DNA from: Lentisphaerota bacterium
GTDB taxonomy: Bacteria > Verrucomicrobiota > Kiritimatiellia > Kiritimatiellales > Pontiellaceae
Direction of reading: 5' to 3'
Assembly (NCBI GenBank): GCA_012729265.1
Contig: JAAYDL010000060.1
Location: forward strand, 3,015 to 67,014
Length of the DNA: 64,000 nt
The notes under the pieces were generated by a model that saw nothing but the letters and a program-made list of their open reading frames with translations, was not told where the DNA came from and did no database searches. Position numbers and translations under genes: made by a program. Positions 49,489 to 58,699 of the stretch are shown one piece after another. Numbering within the stretch: position 1 is the stretch's first letter; each line of letters begins with the position of its first letter.

Positions 49489-49730
49489 GCCCATCGCCCA
49501 CCCCATTTTTGTAACAAAATTTGCATCGAGCGCTTTCAGCATCTAAAGCGCTTCTTCTCCCTGTACCACTCACCACGCGTTAATTTTGTAAACCTTTCAA
49601 ACATCAGTAAACCGTGGCGGCTAATAGTTCAGATTGTTTCACCGCGGGCTTTAACTCATTGATAAAATGGCGTAAAAAGTCCCCTTCATTGCAAAACAGC
49701 ATCAAAAACGGTTTCAAAATAAGGGTGAGT

Positions 49731-52034
49731 ATGGATCAGGCAACGCATAACAAGATTGTTTCTTTCATCTGGGGAATTGCGGACGATGTGTTGCGCGACC
49801 TTTTCAAGCGGGGTAAATACCCGGATGTGATTCTGCCGATGTGCGTGATCCGTCGCATGGACGCTGTGCTGGAGCCGACCAAGCAGGCGGTGCTGGATGC
49901 CAAGAAGATGCTGGACTCGGCGCAGATCACGGAACAGCGGGCCGCGTTGTGCAGTGCGGCCGGTCAGGCGTTTTACAACACATCCAAGTTTACCCTGCGC
50001 GATCTGAAGTCGCGCGGCAGCCAACAGCAACTGCTGGCCGATTTTGAGGATTACCTGAACGGATTCTCCCAGAACGTTCAGGACATTATTGAAAACTTTA
50101 AGTTTCGGAATCAGATTCCGACGCTGTCCAAGGCCGATGCGCTGGGCACCTTGATCAACAAATTTCTCGACCCGGAAATCGATCTTACGCCAGCAGGCAT
50201 CGACAATCATGCCATGGGCACGGTCTTTGAAGAGCTGGTGCGCAAGTTTAACGAGGAAAACAACGAAGAGGCCGGTGAGCACTGGACGCCGCGCGATGCC
50301 GTGCGGCTGATGGCCAACCTGATTTTCCTGCCGATACAGGATCAGCTCAGGTCCGGTTCCTATCTGCTGTATGACTGTGCTTGCGGAACCGGCGGTATGC
50401 TGACCGTGGCCGAAGAAACGCTGGCGGAGATCGGGAAAAAGCATGGGCTGGAGATTCGCAGCCATTTGTACGGGCAGGAGATCAACCCGGAAACCTATGC
50501 GATCTGCAAAGCCGACATGCTGCTGAAAGGCGAGGGCGAAAATGCCGACCATATTGTCGGCGGCGCGGAGTGGTCGACGCTCGCGCACGATGCCTTCCCG
50601 GCGCAGGAATTCGACTTCATGCTTGCCAATCCTCCCTATGGGAAGAGCTGGAAAAAAGATCTGGAGACGATGGGCGGAAAAGACGGCATGAACGATCCGC
50701 GCTTCAAGGTGATGCATCAGGGAGAAGAACTCTCTTTGATCACTCGCTCCAGCGATGGGCAAATGCTGTTCCTGGCCAACATGGCGTCCAAGATGAACGA
50801 TCAGTCGGCGCTGGGCAGTCGCATTGCCGAGGTGCATAACGGCAGCTCGCTCTTTACCGGCGATGCCGGGCAGGGCGAAAGCAACATCCGCCGCTGGCTG
50901 ATCGAAAACGACCAGGTTGAGGCCATTGTGGCCTTGCCGCTCAACCTCTTCTACAACACCGGCATTGCCACCTATGTCTGGGTGCTGACTAACCGCAAGC
51001 CGGAGCATCGCAAGGGCAAGGTGCAGCTCATCGACGCCTCGCAATGGTTCAAGCCACTGCGCAAAAACCTCGGCAAAAAGAACTGCGAACTGTCACCGGA
51101 TGACATCGACCGTATCTGCAAAACATTTTTGGATTTCGAAGAAACCGAGCAGTCAAAAATCTTCCCCAACGAACATTTCGGTTACTGGAAGGTGCGCGTT
51201 GAGCGCCCCGTCCGCCTGCACAGCCAGTTGACGCGCAAGGCGATTGAAACCCTGCGCTTTGCATCCGGCGACGAAGAGTTGCGCACCGAACTCCACGCCC
51301 GATTTGGTGAAAAACTGTTCAGCGGGTTTGCTGAGGTGGAGGCCGAAGTGGCGCGGTTTTTGTCCGACATGTCCGACGGGGATGACGATTCAGAGGAAGA
51401 AGAAACCCAAAAAGGCCTGCCCGAGAAGCGGAAGAAAAAGCTGCTCGACGCCAAAACCTGGGAGCGCGACGGTCGGCTGGCTGAGACCGCCGAGCTGCTG
51501 CGCGACCGGTTGGGCGACGCTCTCTTCGAGGATTTCAACCTTTTCCGCGAGGCGGTAGCAAAGGTACTCAAGGCCGAAGGCGTCAAGCTGCCCGCCGCCG
51601 ATCTCAAGCTGATACTACGCACCGTGAGCTGGCGGGTGGAGAATGCTCCGCCGGTCATTGATAAATTTCTAAAGGAAGAACCGGATGTTCTGTACGGTCG
51701 CTATCCGCTTTCGGTTTTGAGTCAATCGGAAATCAGCAATCGGAAATCGGCAATCCGAAGCGTCAGCTTTGAGCCTGAAACCGACCTGCGCGACCACGAG
51801 CAGGTGCCGCTGCTCGAAGAGGGCGGCATCGAAGCCTTTATCCGCCGCGAGGTGCTGCCCTACACGCCGGATGCCTGGGTTGATCCCTCCGCCACCAAGA
51901 TCGGCTACGAAGTCAGCTTTACCCGCCACTTCTACAAGCCGCCGGAACTGCGGTCGCTCGAAGCCATCGCCGCCGACATCAAGGCGCTTGAAAACGAGAC
52001 CGAGGGACTGCTCGAAGAGATTGTGGGAGGTTGA
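49731..52034 (+). CDS. hsdM: Type I RM methyltransferase subunit
   Basis: FIWGIADDVLR, GEHWTPR, YDCACGTGGML, GQEIN, LANPPYG, FYNTGIATY. Confidence 0.95.
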   Translation: MDQATHNKIVSFIWGIADDVLRDLFKRGKYPDVILPMCVIRRMDAVLEPTKQAVLDAKKMLDSAQITEQRAALCSAAGQAFYNTSKFTLRDLKSRGSQQQLLADFEDYLNGFSQNVQDIIENFKFRNQIPTLSKADALGTLINKFLDPEIDLTPAGIDNHAMGTVFEELVRKFNEENNEEAGEHWTPRDAVRLMANLIFLPIQDQLRSGSYLLYDCACGTGGMLTVAEETLAEIGKKHGLEIRSHLYGQEINPETYAICKADMLLKGEGENADHIVGGAEWSTLAHDAFPAQEFDFMLANPPYGKSWKKDLETMGGKDGMNDPRFKVMHQGEELSLITRSSDGQMLFLANMASKMNDQSALGSRIAEVHNGSSLFTGDAGQGESNIRRWLIENDQVEAIVALPLNLFYNTGIATYVWVLTNRKPEHRKGKVQLIDASQWFKPLRKNLGKKNCELSPDDIDRICKTFLDFEETEQSKIFPNEHFGYWKVRVERPVRLHSQLTRKAIETLRFASGDEELRTELHARFGEKLFSGFAEVEAEVARFLSDMSDGDDDSEEEETQKGLPEKRKKKLLDAKTWERDGRLAETAELLRDRLGDALFEDFNLFREAVAKVLKAEGVKLPAADLKLILRTVSWRVENAPPVIDKFLKEEPDVLYGRYPLSVLSQSEISNRKSAIRSVSFEPETDLRDHEQVPLLEEGGIEAFIRREVLPYTPDAWVDPSATKIGYEVSFTRHFYKPPELRSLEAIAADIKALENETEGLLEEIVGG
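51724..51758 (+). repeat. Heptamer tandem repeat (AATCGGA-like x5) inside the hsdM coding sequence
   Basis: AATCGGA AATCAGC AATCGGA AATCGGC AATCCGA, read through as QSEISNRKSAIRS. Confidence 0.8.
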
Positions 52035-52036
52035 TC

Positions 52037-53068
52037 ATGAGAGATGCGAACAATCCCATGAAGTCGGACGAATCATTTGCCGAAATAGTCGGTCTGATTC
52101 AATCTGCCAAGGAACGAGCCTTTCGGGCGGTCAACACGGAGTTGGTTAATCTCTATTGGCAGGTGGGGGAAGTCATCTCCCGTAGAATTGAGTCGGATGG
52201 ATGGGGCAAAAGCACGATTCAATCGTTGAGTCATTTTATAAAGCACACACAACCGGATTTGCGTGGCTTCTCTGCTCAAAACCTATGGAGAATGCGCCAG
52301 TTTTATGAGGTTTACAGCCAAAATGAAAAACTCTCACCACTGGTGAGAGAATTGCCTTGGACGCATCACATGCTTATTTTGGGGCAGACCAAACTGGAGG
52401 AAGAGCGGGAATTCTACATTCGTATGGCGATTCGCGAAAAATGGTCAAAACGGGAGCTGGATCGGCAGCTGCAAACAGGGCTGTTTCTGCGGGCGGTGGC
52501 CAATCCGCCAAAAGTCGCACCACTGGTGCGACAATTGTATCCATCTGCGGGTGAGTTGTTTAAGGATGTTTATGCGCTGGAATTCCTTGGTTTGTCTGCC
52601 GCCCATGATGAATCCGACCTGCACAGCGGACTTTTGCGGAATCTGGGGCGGTTTCTCTCTGAATTGGGGCGCGACTTTTGTTTTGTCGGCTCCGAGTATC
52701 CGCTGCAGGTGGGCACTCAGGACTTTTCGCTTGATCTGCTCTTTTTCCACCGCGGGCTCAACTGCCTGGTCGCCATCGAGCTCAAAGCGCGGCGTTTTGA
52801 GCCTGACGATCTTGGCAAGCTCAACTTTTATCTCGAAGCACTCGAGCGCGATCACCGCAAGGAGCACGAAAACCCGCCCGTCGGGCTGCTGCTCTGCGCC
52901 ACCAAAGACAACGAGGTTGTCGAATATGCCCTCAGCCGCTCGCTCTCTCCGGCCATGGTCGCTGAATACCAAACCCAGCTCCCCGCCAAAGAACTGCTCG
53001 CCGCCAAGCTCCACGAGTTGTATCAGCTCCTCGCGCCGGAAAATGAAGGAATAGATCATGGACAGTAA
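52037..53068 (+). CDS. YhcG/DUF1016 PD-(D/E)xK nuclease-domain protein
   Basis: RAVNTELVNLYWQVG, GFSAQNLWRMRQF, LPWTHH, DLLFFHRGLNCLVAIELK, GKLNFY. Confidence 0.92.
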   Translation: MRDANNPMKSDESFAEIVGLIQSAKERAFRAVNTELVNLYWQVGEVISRRIESDGWGKSTIQSLSHFIKHTQPDLRGFSAQNLWRMRQFYEVYSQNEKLSPLVRELPWTHHMLILGQTKLEEEREFYIRMAIREKWSKRELDRQLQTGLFLRAVANPPKVAPLVRQLYPSAGELFKDVYALEFLGLSAAHDESDLHSGLLRNLGRFLSELGRDFCFVGSEYPLQVGTQDFSLDLLFFHRGLNCLVAIELKARRFEPDDLGKLNFYLEALERDHRKEHENPPVGLLLCATKDNEVVEYALSRSLSPAMVAEYQTQLPAKELLAAKLHELYQLLAPENEGIDHGQ

Positions 53069-53261
53069 AATCGCTACACAAACGCAACGCCGCTTTGATG
53101 ATTTTTTAACCGCGCTTCGTCGTACGATCGAGTCCAATGAGACAATGACTTATTCGTCTTCTGATCATTTTCGTGGCGTCACGAAAATGGTCGACCTCTA
53201 CCGCGCACTCGCCCGGCAAATCTGGAATCCCGAAACCCTCCTGCGCGAGGTGCCGTCATGA
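53058..53261 (+). pseudogene. Short ORF, possible DinD-like N-terminal fragment
   Basis: DHFRGVTKMV motif within a 67-aa ORF overlapping both neighbours. Confidence 0.35.
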
Positions 53262-54679
53262 TCGCCGACCTTAAACCCTATCCTGAATACAAAGACTCCG
53301 GCCTGCCGTGGGTGGAAGAACTCCCACAAGGTTGGATTGTTCGGCGCGGACGTGGGGTTTTTGAATCGATCGATGTTCGGTCGAAGACGGGAAAAGAAGA
53401 ACTGCTCACTGTGTCATCACAGGACGGCGTTCGGCTGCGCAGTTCAAAAGCTGTTACAATGTTTCAGGCCAAGTCCTATGTGGGGCATAAGCTTTGTTGG
53501 CCGGGTGACCTTGTGGTCAACAGCTTGTGGGCATGGGCAACCGGGCTTGGATTTTCGCGGCACTATGGAATTGTGAGTACGGCCTATGGGGTTTATCGAC
53601 CGCGAGATGAGCATAAAGCAAAGTGGCGTTTCCTCGATTATTTATTGCGAAGCTATGCATACAAGTGGGAGTTCCAAACACGGTCGCGCGGGATTTGGAT
53701 ATCCCGACTCCAGCTAACGGATTGGTATTTTTTTGATATGCCGATCCTTTTGCCGCCTGAAGAAGATGCGGAAGCGATTGTGCGTTTTTTGGATCATGCG
53801 AATGCGAAGATTGACCGCTATGTGCGGGCGAAGAAAAAGCTGATCAAACTGCTCAACGAGCAGAAGCAGGCCATCATCCACCGTGCCGTCACCCGCGGCC
53901 TCGATCCGAATGCCCCCCTCAAAGACTCCGGCATCCCAATGCTCGGCCAGATTCCGGACGACTGGAAAACGATCCCAATTAAGCGCGTTGCAACTGTATT
54001 GAATGGGTTTGCTTTTTCGAGCGAGATCTACACCGATTCTGGGGTACCGCTCATTCGTATTGGAGATGTGAAGAGCAGCGGTACTGTTGATATTGAACAC
54101 GCTGTGAAGTTGCCGGGAGGTTTCTTGGCTTCTCATTCGTTCGTCGAAATCAAGAATGGCGACCTTGTGATGGCAATGACAGGAGCGACAATCGGAAAGG
54201 TGGCCAAATACAGCCATGACTGCCCTTCACTTCTAAACCAGCGTGTTTGTGCATTTCGTTGCCTATCTGGACGAGTGGTGCAGGAATACCTTTTTCTTCT
54301 GCTCTCATCCCAGTTGTATCTTCAGCAGGTGCTGATGGCATGCTACGGCGGTGCTCAACCTAACATTTCGGACACAACTTTAGCAGGTTTTAAGATGCCA
54401 ATAGCTCCATTCGATCTTCAAAAAGAAATCGTTTCCTCTGTGGTTCGCGAGACTCGCAGTTTAACCGCCGCCATCACCCACGCTGAGCGCGAGATCGAGC
54501 TATTGAACGAATACCGGACGCGGCTGGTGGCGGATGTGGTGACGGGCAAGCTGGATGTGCGCGAGGCGGCGGAGGTGTTGCCGGAGGAGCTGGTTGTGGA
54601 GTCGGACGGGGCGGACTCGACGGACGAAACCGACTTGTCCGATGATGCCGACGAAGTTTTACAGGAGGAGGAGTCATGA
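53258..54679 (+). CDS. hsdS: Type I RM specificity subunit
   Basis: LKPYPEYKDSGLPW; two TRDs joined by IVRFLD..AKID...LLNEQKQAIIHRAVTRGL; LLNEYRTRLVADVVTGKLDVR. Confidence 0.93.
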   Translation: MIADLKPYPEYKDSGLPWVEELPQGWIVRRGRGVFESIDVRSKTGKEELLTVSSQDGVRLRSSKAVTMFQAKSYVGHKLCWPGDLVVNSLWAWATGLGFSRHYGIVSTAYGVYRPRDEHKAKWRFLDYLLRSYAYKWEFQTRSRGIWISRLQLTDWYFFDMPILLPPEEDAEAIVRFLDHANAKIDRYVRAKKKLIKLLNEQKQAIIHRAVTRGLDPNAPLKDSGIPMLGQIPDDWKTIPIKRVATVLNGFAFSSEIYTDSGVPLIRIGDVKSSGTVDIEHAVKLPGGFLASHSFVEIKNGDLVMAMTGATIGKVAKYSHDCPSLLNQRVCAFRCLSGRVVQEYLFLLLSSQLYLQQVLMACYGGAQPNISDTTLAGFKMPIAPFDLQKEIVSSVVRETRSLTAAITHAEREIELLNEYRTRLVADVVTGKLDVREAAEVLPEELVVESDGADSTDETDLSDDADEVLQEEES

Positions 54680-55470
54680 GCGCTCCGGGAAGTCCGCTGA
54701 TGCCGCATGGCGGGTATGAAAAGCTGCGGGCGTACCGGGTGGCGGAAGTGGTGTATGACGCAACGGTGGTGTTCTGCGACCGGTTCATTGATAAGCGGTC
54801 GCGCACGCACGACCAGATGGTGCAGGCGGCGCGCAGCGGCGTACGCAATATCAGCGAGGGCAGCGGCGCGGGGGCGACGTCGAAGAAGACGGAGATCCAT
54901 CTGACGAATGTGGCGCGGGCGAGCCTGTCGGATGAGCTGCTGAAGGATTATCGAAGTTTTCTGGTGCAGCGCGGTCTGCCGGTTTGGGATAAGGATTCAC
55001 CGAGGGCGCTGGCGATGCGGGAGCGGCTGCAACACGAGGAGGTGGACCGCCTTCCGCCGGAGAGAGAGGGCGTTGTGCGTCTGACGGGGCTGAATGGTCT
55101 GACCGATTTTGTGGCCAAGGCGTCGCCGGAGCTGGCGGCGAATGCGATGCTGTGCGCGGTAAATCAGGCGGCCTATCTGCTGCGTCGGCTGATGGAGCAG
55201 CAGACGCAGGAGTTTGTGGAGGGCGGCGGTTTTACGGAGCGGCTTTATACAGCGCGGACGCAGGCGCGTGCCGCCGGGGCGGCCGATGCGCCGACCTGCC
55301 CGCTGTGCGGCGAGGCGATGCGAAAACGGACGGCGGGCAAGGGCGCAAATGCGGGAAAAGCGTTCTGGGGCTGCACCGGCTATCCGGCGTGCAGGGGAGT
55401 AGTAAATATTTCTGAAAAGACTGACGTGTCCGACCCGCCCGACCGATCTAACGATGGAGAGAAAGCATGA
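54676..55470 (+). CDS. Four-helix-bundle protein with suffix domain and C4 zinc finger
   Basis: HGGYEKL, DQMVQAARSGVRNISEG, LTNVARASL.ELL.DY, EGGGFTERLY..R, CPLCG...FWGCTGYPACRG. Confidence 0.9.
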   Translation: MSAPGSPLMPHGGYEKLRAYRVAEVVYDATVVFCDRFIDKRSRTHDQMVQAARSGVRNISEGSGAGATSKKTEIHLTNVARASLSDELLKDYRSFLVQRGLPVWDKDSPRALAMRERLQHEEVDRLPPEREGVVRLTGLNGLTDFVAKASPELAANAMLCAVNQAAYLLRRLMEQQTQEFVEGGGFTERLYTARTQARAAGAADAPTCPLCGEAMRKRTAGKGANAGKAFWGCTGYPACRGVVNISEKTDVSDPPDRSNDGEKA

Positions 55471-58400
55471 GTACCGATATCAGTGAAAAAGGCCTGGAAA
55501 CCCTTATCGTGAATCACATGACGGGGGTCACCGGACTTGAACTTCCGGATCGCATCAACGATACGCCGGACTCCATTGTCCAGCAAAAGGCGGGCGGCAG
55601 CGGCTGGTTTGCCGGCAGCCCGAAAGAATACGACCGCAGCTATGCGATCGATGCGGTTCAGCTCTTTACCTTTTTGCAGGCCACTCAGCCGGAGACCGTC
55701 AAAAAACTGGGTGTAGCGAGCTATTGGAAATCGAAGGACATGAACCGCCAAAGGTTTCTGGCCCGTGTTTCAACGGAGATCGGCAAGCGCGGTATCATCG
55801 ATGTGCTGCGCAAGGGCGTTGACCACGGCCCGCTGCATTTTGACCTGTTTTACGGCACACCGTCGGAGGGCAATGCCAAGGCGGTGGAACTGCATGCCCA
55901 AAACCGGTCCTCGATTACGCGCCAGTTGGCCTACAGCACCGATGAGACGCGCCGTGCGCTTGACCTGTGCATCTTTATTAACGGTCTGCCGATTGCCACC
56001 TTCGAGCTGAAAAACAGCCTGACCAAGCAGACGGTGGATGATGCAATCGAGCAGTACAAGCGCGACCGAGATCCGCGCGAAAAGCTCTTTGGATTCGGGC
56101 GCTGTGTGGTTCATTTCGCGGTGGACGATGCCGAGGTGCATATGTGCACCGAGCTGAAAGGCAAAGCTTCCTGGTTCCTGCCCTTCAACAAGGGGTGGAA
56201 CGACGGCGCGGGCAATCCGCCCAACCCGGACGGCCTCAAAACCGATTATCTTTGGAAGGAAGTGCTCACGCCGTCCAGCCTCACCAATATCCTGGAAAAC
56301 TATGCCCAGATTGTGGAGGAGGAGAAAAAGACCAAGAATCCGAAGTCCGGCAAGGTGACCCAGCGAAAGGTGCGGAAGCAGATCTTTCCGCGCTATCACC
56401 AGCTCGATGTGGTCCGGAAAACATTGGCGGACACGCGGCAGACCGGTGTCGGAAAACGCTATCTGATTCAGCATTCCGCCGGCAGCGGCAAGTCCAACTC
56501 CATCGCCTGGCTCGCCCATCAGCTCATTGCTGTTAAGAAAAGCGGCAAGGAGGTGTTTGATACGGTGATCGTGATTACTGACCGCGTGTTGCTCGATAAG
56601 CAGCTGCAGGCGACCATCAAGCAGTTTATGCAAGTTAAGTCTACCGTAGGCCATGCCAAAAGCTCCGGCGACCTGCGCAAATTTATTGAGGAGGGTAAAA
56701 AGATCGTGGTCTCCACGGTGCAGAAGTTCCCGTTCATCCACAAAGAAATATCCATGGAGAGCGGGCGCACGTTCGCGATTGTCATCGATGAAGCCCATTC
56801 GAGCCAAGGCGGTAAAACCACCGGGGCCATGCATGAGGCGCTGGGCGACCCGGAAGACACGGTGAACGATGTGCTGGAAAAGCAGATGGCGGCGAAAAAG
56901 ATGCTCAAGAACGCCAGCTATTTTGCCTTCACGGCCACGCCGAAGAACAAGACGTTGGAACTGTTTGGCGAGGCGTTGCCTGCTGATGCGGAAGGAAAGG
57001 TTTCGCATAAGCCTTTCCATTGCTACACCATGAAGCAGGCGGTAGAAGAGGGCTTTATCTTAGATGTGCTCGCCAACTACTCGCCGGTACACAGCTACTA
57101 CAAGCTGGTCAAAAAGATTGAGGATGATCCCGAGTTCGATACCAAAAAGGCGCAGAAAAAGCTGCGCAAGTATGTGGAGAGCCATGACCACGCCATTCGG
57201 CTGAAGGCCGAGATCATGATTGACCACTTTCATTCCCAGGTGATGGCAAAGGGTAAGATCGGCGGGCAGGCGCGGGCCATGGTGGTCTGCAACGGGATTG
57301 AGCGGGCGCTCCAGTATTTCGAGGCGTTCAATGCCTATCTCACGGAACGCAAAAGTCCCTACAAAGCGATTGTCGCCTTTTCCGGAGAAAAGGAGTTTCG
57401 CGGTAAAATAGCGACCGAGGCATCGCAGAATGGCTTTCCGGGCAATGATATTGCGGAAACCTTCCAGGAGGATCCGTACCGCTTCCTGATCTGCGCCGAC
57501 AAGTTCCAGACCGGCTATGACGAACCGTTGCTGCATACGATGTATGTGGATAAGCCGCTTGCCGGGATCAAGGCCGTGCAGACGCTGTCCCGCCTCAACC
57601 GTGCCCATCCCCAGAAGCACGACTGCTTCGTACTGGATTTCCAGAATAACAGCGAGACGGTTACCGAGGCATTCCAGGCCTATTACCGGACCACGCTGCT
57701 GGCCGATGAAACCGATCCCGATAAACTGCATGACCTTCAAACATCTCTGGACAACGCGCAGGTCTATTCGCCGGAGCAGATCGAGCAGATCGTGAACCTG
57801 TTCCTCGGCGGTGCCGACCGCAATCAGCTCGATCCGATTCTCGACCAGTGCGTAGCGGTTTATATGGAACAGCTCGATGAAGATGGTCAGGTCGATTTCA
57901 AAGGCAAAGCAAAAGCATTTTGCCGGACCTACGATTTCCTTGCGTCAATCCTGCCGTATTCGAGCCCGAAGTGGGAAAAGCTCTCCATCTTTCTCAACCT
58001 GCTGGTGCCGAAGCTGCCGGCCCCGAAAGAAGAGGACCTGTCGAAGGGGATTTTGAAGACCATCGATATGGACAGTTACCGCGTGGAAAAACAGGCGGAG
58101 ATGAAAATTGCGCTGGAGGACTCGGACGCAGAGATCAATCCAGTGCCGGTTGAGGGGGGCGGTTTTAAGCGTGAGCCGGAACTGGATCGCCTCAGCAATA
58201 TTCTCAAAACCTTCAACGAACAGTTCGGAACGCTCTTTACGGATGCCGACCGGGTGGTAAAACGTATCCGCGAGGACATCGCCCCGCAGGTCGCCGCTGA
58301 TGCGGCCTTCAAAAACGCCAAGGCAAACACGCCTCATACCGCTCGGATGGCTCACGATCAGGCTCTCAGCAAAGTTATGCAGGTATTGCTGACCGAAGAC

Positions 58401-58493
58401 ACGCAGGTCTATAAGCAGTTTGTGGAAAATGAATCCTTCCGCCGTTTTGTCAGCGATATGGTCTTTGAGCTGACGAGCGGGGACGCGGCCTAG
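55467..58493 (+). CDS. hsdR: Type I RM restriction subunit
   Basis: FELKNSLT, FAVD, FLPFNKG, QHSAGSGKS, IDEAH, FTATPK, KFQTGYDEP, VQTLSRLNR. Confidence 0.95.
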   Translation: MSTDISEKGLETLIVNHMTGVTGLELPDRINDTPDSIVQQKAGGSGWFAGSPKEYDRSYAIDAVQLFTFLQATQPETVKKLGVASYWKSKDMNRQRFLARVSTEIGKRGIIDVLRKGVDHGPLHFDLFYGTPSEGNAKAVELHAQNRSSITRQLAYSTDETRRALDLCIFINGLPIATFELKNSLTKQTVDDAIEQYKRDRDPREKLFGFGRCVVHFAVDDAEVHMCTELKGKASWFLPFNKGWNDGAGNPPNPDGLKTDYLWKEVLTPSSLTNILENYAQIVEEEKKTKNPKSGKVTQRKVRKQIFPRYHQLDVVRKTLADTRQTGVGKRYLIQHSAGSGKSNSIAWLAHQLIAVKKSGKEVFDTVIVITDRVLLDKQLQATIKQFMQVKSTVGHAKSSGDLRKFIEEGKKIVVSTVQKFPFIHKEISMESGRTFAIVIDEAHSSQGGKTTGAMHEALGDPEDTVNDVLEKQMAAKKMLKNASYFAFTATPKNKTLELFGEALPADAEGKVSHKPFHCYTMKQAVEEGFILDVLANYSPVHSYYKLVKKIEDDPEFDTKKAQKKLRKYVESHDHAIRLKAEIMIDHFHSQVMAKGKIGGQARAMVVCNGIERALQYFEAFNAYLTERKSPYKAIVAFSGEKEFRGKIATEASQNGFPGNDIAETFQEDPYRFLICADKFQTGYDEPLLHTMYVDKPLAGIKAVQTLSRLNRAHPQKHDCFVLDFQNNSETVTEAFQAYYRTTLLADETDPDKLHDLQTSLDNAQVYSPEQIEQIVNLFLGGADRNQLDPILDQCVAVYMEQLDEDGQVDFKGKAKAFCRTYDFLASILPYSSPKWEKLSIFLNLLVPKLPAPKEEDLSKGILKTIDMDSYRVEKQAEMKIALEDSDAEINPVPVEGGGFKREPELDRLSNILKTFNEQFGTLFTDADRVVKRIREDIAPQVAADAAFKNAKANTPHTARMAHDQALSKVMQVLLTEDTQVYKQFVENESFRRFVSDMVFELTSGDAA

Positions 58494-58634
58494 AAGAGAG
58501 CCTCTCCTGCCTCCTTCGGGCTCCCATCTTCTTCTCGATACAAGACCTAAAGCTCTCACAATTGCCCTGTTTGTTCAGTTTCCACCGGCTTTATTCCTCC
58601 TTGTTGCTTTTGCTTTGTCACGCCCGCCGCCCCC

Positions 58635-58699
58635 GTACCGCAGGCATCCTGCCTGCCTCGCTCTGCTCCCCCGTACAGCCTGCGCTACGCGCCGGCTCA
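58635..58699 (+). repeat. Pair of GTAC-led REP-like hairpins
   Basis: GTAC-C-GCAGGCA-TCC-TGCCTGC and GTAC-AGCCTGCGC-TAC-GCGCCGGCT, each preceded by CCCC. Confidence 0.65.

Noticed and set aside
53258-54679. Invertible (shufflon-type) hsdS locus
   Set aside because: Only one hsdS, with no silent TRD copies or adjacent invertase visible.
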